From Felis catus (Eukaryota): a stretch of DNA of 64,000 bases. Under the pieces are notes generated by a model, which did no database searches, had not been told where the DNA came from, and saw nothing but the letters and a program-made list of their open reading frames with translations. The stretch's first letter is position 1; each line of letters begins with the position of its first letter. A program made the position numbers and the translations under genes. The stretch spans positions 104,844,001-104,908,000 of the forward strand of contig NC_058373.1 of assembly GCF_018350175.1 (NCBI RefSeq), given 5' to 3'. This document shows positions 13,485-25,719 of this stretch, piece by piece.

Positions 13485-14993
13485 CAAAGTATGTGGAAAG
13501 GCACTGAATTGATGAGAGGGGTGCACAGTTTTGAGTCCAAGTGGGCTCTTGTCCTGATTGTTCCTGGGCATAATTTTGGATTATCATTTCACTTCTCTGC
13601 TTCAGTTCTGTCTTTAGTCAACGGGGAGAATAAAAACATACATCCTAAGTCATAACATATATCCTACGTCATACAGTAGCTGTGAGGAATAACTGCAACT
13701 TGCCTCGAATGCGGCACAGCAGGCTCCAACAAACGTGAACAGATTCTCTATGTGTCAGGCACTAAGGACAGTGTTAGTGGTAACCTTTATTCCCCCATGC
13801 AAACGAGCCAAGTCTATCCCTAAAAACTTGACTTCAAGAAGTCCCCAATACCCAGATCCAAAAGATAGGGCAAGGAATTACATTGCAAAAGAAATGAGAA
13901 ATGATCTAACATAGGGCAACATCCCCGGAAGAGGATGCCCTGAGAGAGGCTGGGTTTTCATAAGCTCCATCATGTGCCAGGACTCTGGCCAATGAGCCTG
14001 CATCCACCACAGGATGTCTGTTGTCTAATAAAGCCAAGCAAGAACCAGTGCTGGCCCAATCGTTGCGTGGCCAGGACCCCAGAAGTAGAAAAGCAGCACT
14101 CTGAATAATTCACAATAGTGGCCACACAAGCACAGAGCCAAATGGCAGAGATAAATGCTCTGAGAGCTTACCGACCCTCATTTTCGTCCTGATTTCTTCC
14201 TCATTTCTTCTTGCAAAGTCGAATGACACACAAAAAAGAACATCTCTTAATGAAAGACATGTAAGAATCTACTGATAGGTCCGTTGGGCTCAATCGCACT
14301 CTTTAAGAAAACAAGTTTGCATTGAGACTGAGAGTCAACTTAATGTATTATTTCTGGTGCGCTTTTTTTCCTGCCAAGAATGAGAATAAAAACAGAAGAT
14401 GAAAAATAATAAAACTGGGAGACTGGAGTATATAATGCAAGGTACATACAAATCTAGACACAATCCTAATGTGCCGAGAGATCTTCTTGACAACAACAAA
14501 AAGATTTCATTCTAACTTGCTGCTAGTCTTGATGCAAATGTAGGATGTACTGTGGCCCAGAAGCCTATAGCTTCAAGTAGGCAGAATGCAGTCATCACAA
14601 GTTATTCTTTGTTAAGATTTCTATTTCAGAGCCAGCATACCTTGGCAGCAATAATCGTTATACTTAGTGCAGGTAAACCAAGGCAAAGGCCCTTTGGAAA
14701 AATACAAATTATTTACCTAGCAACTCCTGGTGAGCGACATGAGCGCTGCATATTGATGAGTTGTAGCCTACGGTTGTGGGAAATTCACTACAGAAGAAAA
14801 ACAAACACTGACTATTACATTAAGTATACAGCATGCCTTTTCAGCTCAGTACAAGATAAATCTACTGCCCAGAAGATAGTAAGACCGATGGCCTGACCGT
14901 AGTGATGTTGCAGGATGCTGTTCTTTTTTTTGCCCCGAAATAAAAAATAAAATGATAACACAGTCGAATATCCCAATTAAACTCCCATCCAAT

Positions 14994-15062
14994 TCAAAAT
15001 TCATCTTCAGAGCTGTCGGCTAAGAGCATTACTCGATCTTGCATGCTGTTGAATTCTCTCTG
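14994..15062 (-). CDS. ARMH4: ARMH4 last exon, coding part (QREFNSMQDRVMLLADSSEDEF*)
   Basis: Polypyrimidine tract plus cAG acceptor at 15063-15065; in frame with the previous exon; TGA at 14994-14996. Confidence 0.93.
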   Translation of the reverse strand, partial: QREFNSMQDRVMLLADSSEDEF

Positions 15063-15298
15063 CTGGAGAAAGAAAACAGAAAAGCATTAAACTCTTTCTG
15101 CTGCAGAGCAAAACTGAGAAACAGGCCCCTTTAAAAGACACACTAACACACGAAGCAGCAGCTGCCGCAGCTAATCCAAACCACTGGGCATGTCAATACC
15201 ATTCATGCATCATTAAGCCCCATGTGCTTTATTAAGCAAATTAGAAAAGCGAAGAATGTTCTGAAACTGATTAGGTTTTGCTCTTGTTGGTTCCATAC

Positions 15299-15433
15299 CT
15301 TTCTTTTATGCCTTTTGAAGCCGTTTCTCCTTCGCCGATTCATAACCTTAATGCTGTACAGTGCTCCCAAGATGAACAAGGCTCCAGCTATCCCAACCCC
15401 TACAGGAACCAGCATCCCAGACATGTAGCCAGC
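15299..15433 (-). CDS. ARMH4: ARMH4 penultimate exon, 135 nt: transmembrane helix plus basic stop-transfer cluster (AGYMSGMLVPVGVGIAGALFILGALYSIKVMNRRRRNGFKRHKRK)
   Basis: tttcctttcctgtgcAG acceptor and AAG|GTatgg donor, 45 whole codons; core of ORF 15203-15457; sequence recognised as ARMH4 C-terminus. Confidence 0.93.
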
Positions 15434-17343
15434 CTGCACAGGAAAGGAAACGTGCATCAGGATGCTGAATGGACCACTGCCCTGGGTTTCTCATTTTTGC
15501 TGGATGGCACCAGGTTCTTAAACAACACCTGGAATTCTCCTACCTGCCTTCCTATAAAATAGCACCTAGAATAAAGGTATTTTTAGGGAGAAGGCAACAG
15601 AGAGAAAGGTAGGACTATTTTTGGAGAGTTCAAGTATTTAGTAGAAGTATTGAAATAAATCACCCAGACCTAGTGGCAGCACCAGCCACGTCCTTATGAA
15701 CATTTATCAACATCAGGTTTTGGTGGCAGAAATATAATTTGTATTAGAGATGGATGAAGTGAGCTTCTAAGAACGCCAGGACTATTAAAATGCTATAAAT
15801 TGGAAATATCAGCCTGAGACAAGCTCCAAGGGGGCTGAAGTGCCCGCTGGAATATTGTGCTTCTTGGGGGGCAAAGGGAGGGCCTCAACATTGGTGGTCT
15901 TCTCTCTCACAACCTCAGCTGCATTACTACAGTCAAAGAGGGAAGACGGAGGATGCCAGATGTTGGGGCGCAGACAGGAAAGACAAGGAGAGGAGAGGGC
16001 ATGCGCGTAAAGTGGGATTCATATGAAAGGAAAAATCTGCCAGGGGACAAGACCAAAGTTGGGGCTTGAGAGGAAATTCTGAGCATCTCCAGACTCAAAG
16101 AAAGAAAGTGGCAGAGCAGGGTACAAAGATCACTGCCAACAACACTGACACGTTCTAAAGAGCCTGGAGGTATCTGGTATCTGAAGTGTCTCCAATGTCC
16201 CCGAGGTGTCACTACGAATAAGTTGCTCATAAGAGAGCAGCGTGATGTTCACACATCCCTGGGCTTGGGTGAGTAGCTGAGGATCTTCCCAAGCTCAGGG
16301 TAAGGCCATCATACTAAAGGCGCTCCCTGCATTTTGGTCAATATGTATTGGCCTAATAAGCATTATGTAACCTACCTAGAGCGCTTTCATAGAAAAACAG
16401 GATACTGGTTTGCCTTCCAAGAAGGCCCCTTCTAGCGGCCCACCCAGACAGAATACGTAAAAAAATTTAAATTTTTGAACTTTAGATAGGCATTATTTGG
16501 GGGGGGGGGGGACCCATGAGTCTGTTCATTTATTTGACTATTTCTAAAATTTCTATTATAGCTCAAACTATTTCTAGTACCTTTCAGAATGAGACAAAAT
16601 CAGAGAGGGACAGAGAATACAAGTTTTCTAAAAAGTGCTGAAGTATGCAGACTGTGATGCTTTCCCAACATTTCCAAAAGTAAATCAAAGGAATACACAC
16701 GACCTTATAAAACTCAGCTCCCTCCTGCACACGGCCGGCTCAACCACTGGTTCTGTTTTCCAGACTCTTGTGTTAGAGCAGAATATGGAAATTTTTCCAT
16801 TAATTTGAGAACAATAGCATTGTTCATCAGCATACTAAGTGTTTTTCTCCAAGAAACAATGCCCAGTCACTTTTCAACAAATTAATATGCTTTGCAGAAA
16901 CCCAAACTTTTTCTAAAGTTCTTCCAGATCTACTTAAGGCTTATAAAAACTGTAATTTTCCATGTGGGAAAACACCGGACAAGAGCAAAGTTTTGGTACT
17001 CTCACAAGAAGTGTGAGTATATTGTTTTAAAACCACCATTCCCACTGCATGGAAACGTATGTACATATCGAAATATGATCATTTAAGTCCCATAGATTAG
17101 ACTCTAAAGAGGATGATGTACATTCAAAGGATGATGTTTGAGCTTTTGGAAACTCAGCATGACCACTCTCTGTGTGGGTCTCCTTGTACTATGTAACTTC
17201 ACCCCAATAGCACGAAGATTCCAAAAAGTGTCACTCTTTCCCACACTTGGTATTTATACATTTAGACTTCTTGTTTCTAGAGCTTTAAATCATCTAGATT
17301 TCACCAAAACTTAATTCGTATCTCCCTCTTTCCTCTCTTTTGT

Positions 17344-17452
<109 letters not shown>

Positions 17453-17814
17453 ACAACTGACTGTGCTTTGAAATTACAATTACAAGATGGGATCAAAGTA
17501 ACCTCTCCTCTTCAAGTATATTTTAACCATTCCTCTTTAAAAACTGACTAACGGAGAAGAAGCTCTTCTTAAATCACCCATGACTTGTTTCCTGCACAAA
17601 TGAAAACAAGTAAGAAACATGTACATATTTTTTAAGTTCTAAATCCTGCCCCTTACCTCTTATTTGTTCAAAAGCACTGTATGTACATGAACCTCCGCAT
17701 GTAACACCCTAAGAAGGACACAGCTGCACCTGCGTATATTCCAGCTGAGAATGCATAAATTGAGTTTAATCATGAGAAAACACCCAATAAACCTAAAATG
17801 AAGACTGTGATATT

Positions 17815-18022
17815 GTTTTTTTTTAACGTTTATTTATTTTTGAGACAGAGAGAGACAGAGCATGAACCAGGGGAGGGGCAGAGAGAGAGGGAGACACAGA
17901 ATTTGAAACAGGCTCCAGGCTCTGAGCTGTCAGCACAGAGCCCGACACGGGGCTCAAACTCACGGACAGTAAGATCATGACCTGAGCTGAAGTCGGCCGC
18001 TTAGAAGCCACCCAGGTGCCCC
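17815..18022 (-). mobile_element. Can-SINE
   Basis: Reverse-complement SINE; degenerate TSD tgatattgtttt / tgatactgtttt. Confidence 0.92.
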
Positions 18023-18055
18023 TATGATACTGTTTTAAAGATGTCTATATTCTTT

Positions 18056-18260
18056 GGGGGCACCTGGGCAGCTCAATCGGTTAAGCGTCCAGCTCTTGAT
18101 TTCCGCTCAGGTCATTATCTCACAGTTCGTGGGTTCGAGCCCCGCATCTGCATGGACAGTGCAGAGCCTGCTTCAGATTCCTGTCTTCCTCTCTCTCTCT
18201 ACCCCTCCCCGGCTCACACTCTCTCTCTCAAAAATAAATAAATAAACATTAAAAAAAAAA
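18056..18260 (+). mobile_element. Can-SINE
   Basis: TSD gtctatattcttt. Confidence 0.92.
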
Positions 18261-18426
18261 GGTCTATATTCTTTTAAACATCAGTGTCGTGAAAGACAAA
18301 AGATGGCTATAAAAAATGTTCCAGACTATAGGAAACTAACAAATCATGGAAATCAGATGTGCTGCATGATCCTAGACTGGGTCCTCTATTAGAGAAGAAA
18401 AAATACTTTTAGAAAGGTATTTTGAA

Positions 18427-18630
18427 GGGTGCCTGGGTGGCTTAGTCAGTTAAGCAACTTCAGCTCAGGTCATGATCTCACAGCTCATGGGTTTGAGCCC
18501 CGCGTCAGGCTCTGTGCTGACTGCTCAGAGCCTGGAGTCTGCTTCCAATTCCATGTGTGTCTCTCTCTCTGCCTCTTTCCTGCTTGTGCTCTCCCTCTCT
18601 CTCAAAAATAAATAAACATTTAAAAAAAAA
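18427..18630 (+). mobile_element. Can-SINE
   Basis: TSD agaaaggtattttga / agaaaagtattttga. Confidence 0.92.
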
Positions 18631-19224
18631 GAAAAGTATTTTGAGTCTGTTGAAAAAACGGATGCCAGATTTGATAAAAAGTACTGTATTAATATTAAAT
18701 ATACTCAAGCTGATAACTGTACTATGTTTGCTAACAGAATATTCCCACTCTAGTGTGTAGAAAATACACACTAAAGTATTTGGGGTCAAAGCACCATAGT
18801 ATATGCAACTCTTCCTCAAATGGTTCAGAAAAAGAGACAGAAATGGGGAGACAGACCAGCAAATGAGATAAAATATTAAAAACAAGTGCATCTGGGTAAA
18901 AAGTTAAAGGGGCATTCTTTGTATTTACTCTTGTATCTTTTTTGTAAACTTGAAAATAGCTCCAAATAAAGAGTAAGTTTTACACTTTTAAAATTATTAC
19001 TAGTCATAGTTGTTTTTAGTGTGTGTTTGTTTTGGTTTTGTTTACTTTGTTTTGTTTTGCTTTGTTCATGAGAAAGTAAAAAGAGAAATACTTTCATGAG
19101 AAAGTATTAGGACAATGTAGTTATTCAGAAACATCTGTTTTCAATAAAGGTATAAGAAAAACAAATGATATGCTATACTGCCTAAAATCTGCTGAATTAA
19201 GATAGCGCCCTGATATTGCTTTGC

Positions 19225-19400
19225 AATGGTGGTTCTCAAACTTCAGCATGTACCAGAATCACCTGCAAGACATGTTAAAACAGATTGTTGGGCCCTGTTC
19301 CCAGAGTTTCTGACTCAGTGTGTGTAGGGTGGGGCCCAAGAATTGCATTTCTAGCGAGCTCCCAGGTGATGCTGACACCGTGGGGCCAGTGAGAATCAGC
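19225..19400. mobile_element. MER5A-like hAT-Charlie element
   Basis: gtggttctcaaactt...cagaatcacctg...ggggcccaagaattgcatttcta...cccaggtgatgctga. Confidence 0.85.
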
Positions 19401-19639
19401 GTTATGCAGTATACTCTGGGTCATCCACTTTCCAGATTACTTCCCAAAGCTAAAAGAAATAGAATGACCTTGATGACACAACAACAGAGCTGGTCTTTAT
19501 TATACCACTACAATTGTCATGCCTCTCCAATTCTGAGAAACATTTAGATGCTGAAAAGATATATAGCCAAGTTAAGATTTGCCTAACAACCATCACTAAC
19601 TTGGACATATAACCAGAAAGAAGGCAATGATGGAATGAG

Positions 19640-20430
19640 TATAGGGACTGTCCCTCAATACTCGTTCACCTCTTCTTTCAGAGCAACAGAACCTCCCATT
19701 TAGGCTGGGCAACAATCACTTCTCCCTGCCTTCTGTGCAGCTTTAGCTGGCTATGACCATGTGATAACTCTCACTAAGAAGATAATAAATTTGGGGCACC
19801 TGGGTGGCTCAGTCGGTTAAGCATCTGCTTTTGGCTCAGGTCATGATCTCAGGGCTCACAGGTTCAAGCCCCGCGTCAGGCTCTGTGTTGACAGCTCGGA
19901 GCCTGGAGCCTGCTTTGGATTCTGTGTCTCCCTCTCTCTCTGTTCCTCCCCTCCCCACTTGCGCGCGCTCTCTCTCTCTCTCTCTCTCAAAAATAAAGAT
20001 TTAAAAATTTAAAAAAAGAGAGAGAGAGAGAAGATAACACATTAGTGGCAGGTGCAACTTCCAGGCCATGATCTTTAAGAGGGGAGCACAGCCTTTATCC
20101 CCCACATTTTAAGAATGAGAGTGCCTCCATCCTCCCTTTTAAGAGGGAGGAGGTACCTTAGTCTTCCCTTTTCCTCCTTCCTCGGGCTAGAATAGAGCTA
20201 CCGAAGTTGGAACTGCCATCCAGGACCATGAGGTGACCTTGGGAATGAATGTCCACAGATAGTGGAGCATCAAATACAAGGAGCTTGAGCCCTTGTCACA
20301 GTGTTGCTTCCCATTAACCCCTGACTGCTACCTCCAGATTCATAAACAAGAGACAAAATTCGTCTTGGTTAAGCCATTGTCAGTGGGGTTCTCTGTCACT
20401 CATAGCTGATCTTAATCCTAACTAATATAG
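19640..20430 (+). mobile_element. Old MaLR LTR (MLT1H-K-like) with a nested Can-SINE at ~19793-20030
   Basis: gaccatgaggtgaccttgggaatg...aaggagcttgag...ttaagccattg...ctaactaata motifs; SINE flanked by gaagataa. Confidence 0.6.
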
Positions 20431-21672
20431 AAATCCAAAATAATAACAGCAAAAGGAATAATTCAGAACTTTTTAGAGCACTATTCTTTCTGGAGCCAAA
20501 CCAACTAACAGAAATACCAATATTGGGTAAAATTAAATAAAGCAAAACTGGGAAAATGTCCTGGTGGGCCAAAGAGCCAGTCAAATAAGTATTTAGTTTT
20601 CAGGTTTAAGGGATTCTGTGACTTTCATCAGAGGCAATAGTTCTACCAAACAGTTTCTGAAGATAATAACTCACGAGACTTTTATAGATGATAGCTAACT
20701 AGCTAGCTAGATAGGTGAAGAGGGGAAGTGAGGGAGAAAGGAAGGGAAAGAGAGAAAGATACATATACACACATATGTGTATGCACATATGAATGCACAT
20801 TGCAGGTAAGTGTATAATATTTCACTCACAGAGGAAGGGGGGATATGGGAAAGATTACAGTGAGTACCTCCAAAAGAGGGTCAAAATATGAAGAAACAGG
20901 ACCTCAAATAAGCCAAACATGGTTAGAATATCAACTATTTTTCTTTCTTTTTTTTTTTTTTAATTAAGACATACTGAAAAAACACTACAGAAGAAAACAG
21001 AGAGAGGGCTGGAAAAACTCAATCCAGAAAACTAAGGATCACACATAAAATTATTTCTCTTGGTGAAAATGAGTAAAGAGAAGGTGCCAAGCCTTTGAGA
21101 CAAGAAGGGTCTACAGAAATAGAAAATACGGCCTTTCTATAAAACTGCACAGATTTTTAAAAATTATGGCAAAGCTATCTATAGATACAGGTAAGAAATT
21201 TTGCAATATCTAACTTCAAAACTGACTGCATGCAAAAATGTATTCTCTTAAGGGTTTTTTGTGCATTTTTTTTTTACTCAGAAGGATATTTTCTATAGAA
21301 ACAATGATATATGGATTCCTAAATTCATCTACCAAAGCCTATTTCCTTTTCATTGCATCATATTTTCTCCTGAAAAAAAAAAAAAAAAAAAAAAAAAAAC
21401 AAGAAGCCCTACTAATGTGTTCAGTTCTTAACCTTTGAGCATTTCTCCCCCTAAATCCTACTCGGTCCATCTGATCCTACCTCCCTTAGACAACTGGACC
21501 TGTTACAGATATGAAAATGGCCTCCGGTAACCTCAATATGCTTAAAATTTTCAATATCACTTTTAATACCTACGAATACATAATAGCCTCATTCTCAAAA
21601 ACCATCCATGCTAAATTTTACTGAGAAGCACAAAGATAATAATGAGGAGAATTAATATAATCACACAATTTT

Positions 21673-21870
21673 GGGGCACCTGGATGGCTCAGTCAGTTAA
21701 GCATCCGACTTCAGCTCAGGTCATGATCTCATGTTCTTGAGTTAGAGCCCCGCATCAGGCTCTCGTCTGTCAGAGCAGAACCTGCTTTGGATCCTCTGTC
21801 TCCCTTTCTCTCTGCCCCTCCACCCCGTCAAAAATAAAAAATAAAAAACTTTTTAAAAAATAATAATAAA
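21673..21870 (+). mobile_element. Can-SINE
   Basis: Typical head, CT tract and tail. Confidence 0.9.
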
Positions 21871-22274
21871 ATGTTTTTCAAAAATCCAAGGTTTTTCTTC
21901 CTTATGCAGGAGGATCAGGCTTACAAAAGCCTTGCACTGGGACAAGAAATGCTAAATACAATGGGATTACACTCCTGATTCCTAGAAGAAACTCCACCGT
22001 GATATATCAAGGATATTTTTCAGCTGAGCATACTACAGGATGCCTTCATAAGAAGGAATGGTGCTCCAAAGAATAAGGTGTCCCCTTCACTATACAAGAA
22101 GGAAATTAAAAGGAGGGTCTTCCTTCTTGCTGGCCACCTGGAAGTGACCTTGCATCTCTGAGTAGGTCCCCAGAATCAGAATGATGAATTAAAGCTCAGT
22201 TACTCTGAAGATCTTTTATTTGACAAAGCCGTGCCCTTTAAGATAAATCTGAAGAAAGAAAATACTTCTCTTAC

Positions 22275-22306
22275 CTTGTCTTTTAGTTTTTCCATCCAGC
22301 TTCTCA
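22275..22306 (-). CDS. ARMH4: ARMH4 (C14orf37) third-last coding exon, 32 nt, (V)RSWMEKLKDK
   Basis: Minus strand reads cttattttccctAG|TGAGAAGCTGGATGGAAAAACTAAAAGACAAG|GTaaga. Canonical splice sites; joins in frame to the AGYMSG exon; peptide recognised as ARMH4 juxtamembrane region. Confidence 0.88.
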
Positions 22307-22506
22307 CTAGGGAAAATAAGAGAATAAAATGTAAATAGCCATCTTTTTACTTATATTTCGTTAAGTTAATTTGATAACTTATATTTCATGGTATTGAATT
22401 AATTTGATGCACTGGTTTCATTATATGAAATACTATGAAAGAGTCAACAGTATTAACATGACAGTAATAGTCTTGTTTTGATTCTCATTTATTTAAAACT
22501 GCAACA

Positions 22507-22925
22507 GGGGGGCACCTGAGTGGCTCAGTCAGTTGAGCATCCGATTCTTGATTTCCACTCAGGTCATGATCCCAGGGTCATGGGATTGAGCCCCATGTCA
22601 GGCTCTGGGGATGAGCATGGAACCTGCTTAAGATTCTCTCTATCTCCCTCTGCCCCTCTCCCCACCTCATGCTCTCTGTCTCTAAAATAAAATTAAGGGG
22701 CGCCTGGGTGGTGCAGTCGGTTAAGCGTCCGACTTCAGCCAGGTCACGATCTCGTGGTCCGGGAGTTCGAGCCCCGCGTCAGGCTCTGGGCTGATGGCTC
22801 AGAGCCTGGAGCCTGTTTCCAATTCTGTGTCTCCCTCTCTCTCTGCCCCTCCCCCGTTCATGCTCTGTCTCTCTCTGTCCCAAAAATAAATAAACGTTGA
22901 AAAAAAATTTTTTTAATAAAATTAA
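22507..22925 (+). mobile_element. Two Can-SINEs: older copy 22507-22696 with a young SINEC_Fc-type copy (22697-22914) inserted in its tail
   Basis: Inner TSD aataaaattaa; outer TSD gcaacag; inner copy retains CpGs. Confidence 0.92.
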
Positions 22926-23024
22926 AAAAGCAACAGAGAGCATAACCATATCCTTCATATCATCATTAGATGAACAGAGAATATTTTTGTTTGTTAAATA
23001 TATTTTTATTACTATTTTTTCTTA

Positions 23025-23456
23025 TTTTTTAATGTTTTTTTTAATTTTTTTTAACGTTTATTCATTTTTGAGAGACAGAGAGAGACAGAGAATGAGCAGG
23101 GATGGGGCAGAGAGAGAGGGAGACAGAACCTAAAGCAGGCTCCAGGCTCTGAGCTGTCTGCACAGAGCCCGATGCGGGGCTCAAACTCACAAACTGCGAG
23201 ATCATGACCTGAGCCGAAGTCAGATGCTCAACCACTGAGCCACCCAGGCGCCCCATGTTTATTTAGTTTTGAGAGAGAGAGTGTGTGTGTGAGTGGGGTA
23301 GGGTAAAGAGAGGAGACACAGAATCCAAAGCAGGCTCCAGGCTCCGGTCTCCGAGCTGTCAGCATAGAGCCTGATGCAGGGCTTGAACCCACGAATTGTG
23401 AAATCATGACCTGAGCCAAAGTTGGACACTTAAGCAACTGAGCCACCCAGGTGGCC
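23025..23456 (-). mobile_element. Two tandem Can-SINEs (~23025-23254 and ~23258-23456)
   Basis: Two reverse-complement heads (gagccacccagg); outer TSD-like attactat. Confidence 0.92.
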
Positions 23457-23875
23457 ATTACTATCGAATGCTTTACAGGGAGGTCTGGGGAAGGATACAG
23501 GAAATCATCTTTATAATATCAAGTTCATCCTTGACCCATGCACTACCAAATAAAATAAAATATCAAATTTGTGTCTCATCTGACATCTTCTCTTTTACTT
23601 TATTCCTCACATCTCTCAGTTTTTAAGCTCAATGGGTATTCTGCACTTGAATCAATGTCCAAGTAAGGTAGGAAGGGGCAGTGGGCAGGCTAGGGCTGCT
23701 CAGCACTGGCTCCAGAGAGAAGCATTTGCATTCACAGCTGAAGAAGGAAATTTTGACCAAAGGCAAGAACAGGAAGTATTTCTGAAGCATACATAGCTTG
23801 CAAATAGTACCACTCCACAATAACACAACGACTGTAAAAAAAAAAATAAATAAAAGCAACAATCTAAAACAAAAG

Positions 23876-24051
23876 GGGGGGGAGGTCTCAGTGGCTCAGT
23901 CAGTTGAGCAACAGACTCTTGATTTCAGCTCAGGTCATGATCCCAGGGTCATGGAAGCAAGTCCAGCATCAGGCTCTGCGTGGAGTCTCCTTAGGATTCT
24001 CTCTCTCTCATTCCTTCTGCCCTTCTCCCTCACTGGTGCATGCTCTCTTAA

Positions 24052-24103
<52 letters not shown>
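23876..24103 (+). mobile_element. Can-SINE with (TAGA)n tail
   Basis: SINE body, then a GATA tetranucleotide array at ~24053-24103. Confidence 0.9.
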
Positions 24104-24104
<1 letters not shown>

Positions 24105-24324
24105 AAGGAAGTAAGTAAAAGGCAATAATCAAGTAACAGTCATAAAAGCCACTGAAAAGGACTACATCAAGCAGGAAATGTTAGTAGACCACTATTACAA
24201 CCATTTGGAAGTACACATGCTGAGAAGAGAAGGAGGCATCACTCAAAATGAAGGCATGTGTTAGAATGGCCATGTTAAGGATAGTCTGAAGTTAGCAATG
24301 GGGTTCTTCACCCTTAACTGCCTA

Positions 24325-24776
24325 TTTTTATTTATTTATTTTTTAATTTTTTTTTCAACGTTCATTTATTTTTGGGACAGAGAGACACAGAGCATGAACG
24401 GGGGAGGGGCAGAGAGAGAGGGAGACACAGAATCGGAAACAGCCTCCAGGCTCTGAGCCATCAGCCCAGAGCCTGACGCGGGGCTCGAACTCACGGACCG
24501 GACCGTGAGATCGTGACCTGGCTGAAGTCGGACGCTTAACCGACTGCGCCACGCAGGCGCCCCAAACTGCCTATTTTTAAACTTTATTTTATTGTTTACT
24601 TTGAGAGAGAGAGAGCACACACGCAAGTGCAAGCAGGGGAGGGGCAGAGAGAGAATCCCAAGCAGGCTCTGCTCAGCACAGAGTCTGAAGGGCCTCAGAG
24701 CCACCACAGCGAGATCATGACCTGAGATGAAATCAAGAGTCAGATGCTCAACCCACTGAGCCACCCAGGGTCCCCC
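24325..24776 (-). mobile_element. Two Can-SINEs: young copy 24325-24563 next to older copy ~24575-24776
   Basis: TSD aactgcctattttt at 24316 and 24565. Confidence 0.92.
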
Positions 24777-25010
24777 ATCCTTACTGCCTTTTAAAGTTAT
24801 AATAATATTTCAGCTCTGAATAAAAATTCTTTTTTAAAATCATCAAAAAGGAGAAAAGAAGACAAATATTATCAAAGAAATTAGTAAACAGATAAATAAA
24901 CAAAACCTTTCAAGATTTCCTTACATTTCCTTTCCTCTCCAGGAGCTTCAACAGATAGGAAGGAAAGACACAGAGTGGCAGGCCTAGAAACGGCTGCCAA
25001 AAAGTATAGA

Positions 25011-25607
25011 CAAGGGATTGGCAAAGTTTTCTTGTAAAGAATCAAACAGTAAATATTTTAGGCATTGCAGGCCATACAATCTAGGCTGCAACTACTCAAC
25101 TCTGCTGTGGCCGTGTAAAAGCAGTCATAGATGGTACATAAATAAATGAGTTTGGCTATATTCCAATAAATGTTATTTGTGGGCACTGACCTTTGAATTT
25201 CATGTAATTTTCATAGGTCACAAATGTCTTTCTTTTGATTTTTTCAACCATATTAAAATGTAAAAGGGGCACCTGGGTGGCTCAGTCAGTTAAGCATCCG
25301 ACTTCAGCTCAGGTCATGATCTCATAGTCTGTGAGTTCAAGCCCCGCGTCAGGCTCTGTGCTGACAGCTCAGAGCCTGGAGCCTGCTTTGGATTCTGTGT
25401 CTCCATCTCTCTCTGACCCTCCCTACTCATGCTCTGTCTCTGTCTCAAAAATAAATAAAAAATTTTTTTTAAAAATTAAAAATAAAATAAAATAAAATGT
25501 AAAAGACTTTCTTTGCTCATAGGTGATACAAAAATCATTTTTTAAAAAGGTGATAAAAAAATGCTCATAGGGTAACAGGCTAGACTGGTCAGTTTGCTGA
25601 CCCCTGA
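25011..25607. mobile_element. MER58-like hAT-Charlie element with a nested Can-SINE (25266-25495)
   Basis: Ends caagggattggcaaa / tttgctgacccctg; gcaactactcaactctgc motif; SINE TSD taaaatgtaaaa. Confidence 0.85.
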
Positions 25608-25719
25608 TACAGACACACTTTTACCCAAGAAGTCAGTGTCTCCATTTACCGTCTGATTCTAGTAATAACATATCTGACAGTAATGATGCCAGCTGACACG
25701 CGCACACGGCCCGACCCCT

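Larger units (their letters stand above)
9920..14993 (-). other. ARMH4: Probable ARMH4 3' UTR (distal end uncertain)
   Basis: Mostly unique AT-rich sequence after the stop. Candidate minus-strand AATAAA at 13786-13791, 11541-11550 and 9938-9943; the last is followed by a U/GU-rich tract. Confidence 0.4.
17680..18970 (+). mobile_element. Old L1 3' region (L1MC-like) split by three Can-SINEs
   Basis: aatcatgagaaaaca...tgcatgatcctagactgg...aaatacacactaaagtatttgggg...caaatggttcagaaaa motifs. Confidence 0.7.

Noticed and set aside
15203..15457. Single-exon 84-aa membrane protein
   Set aside because: It is the ARMH4 TM exon plus intronic read-through on both sides.
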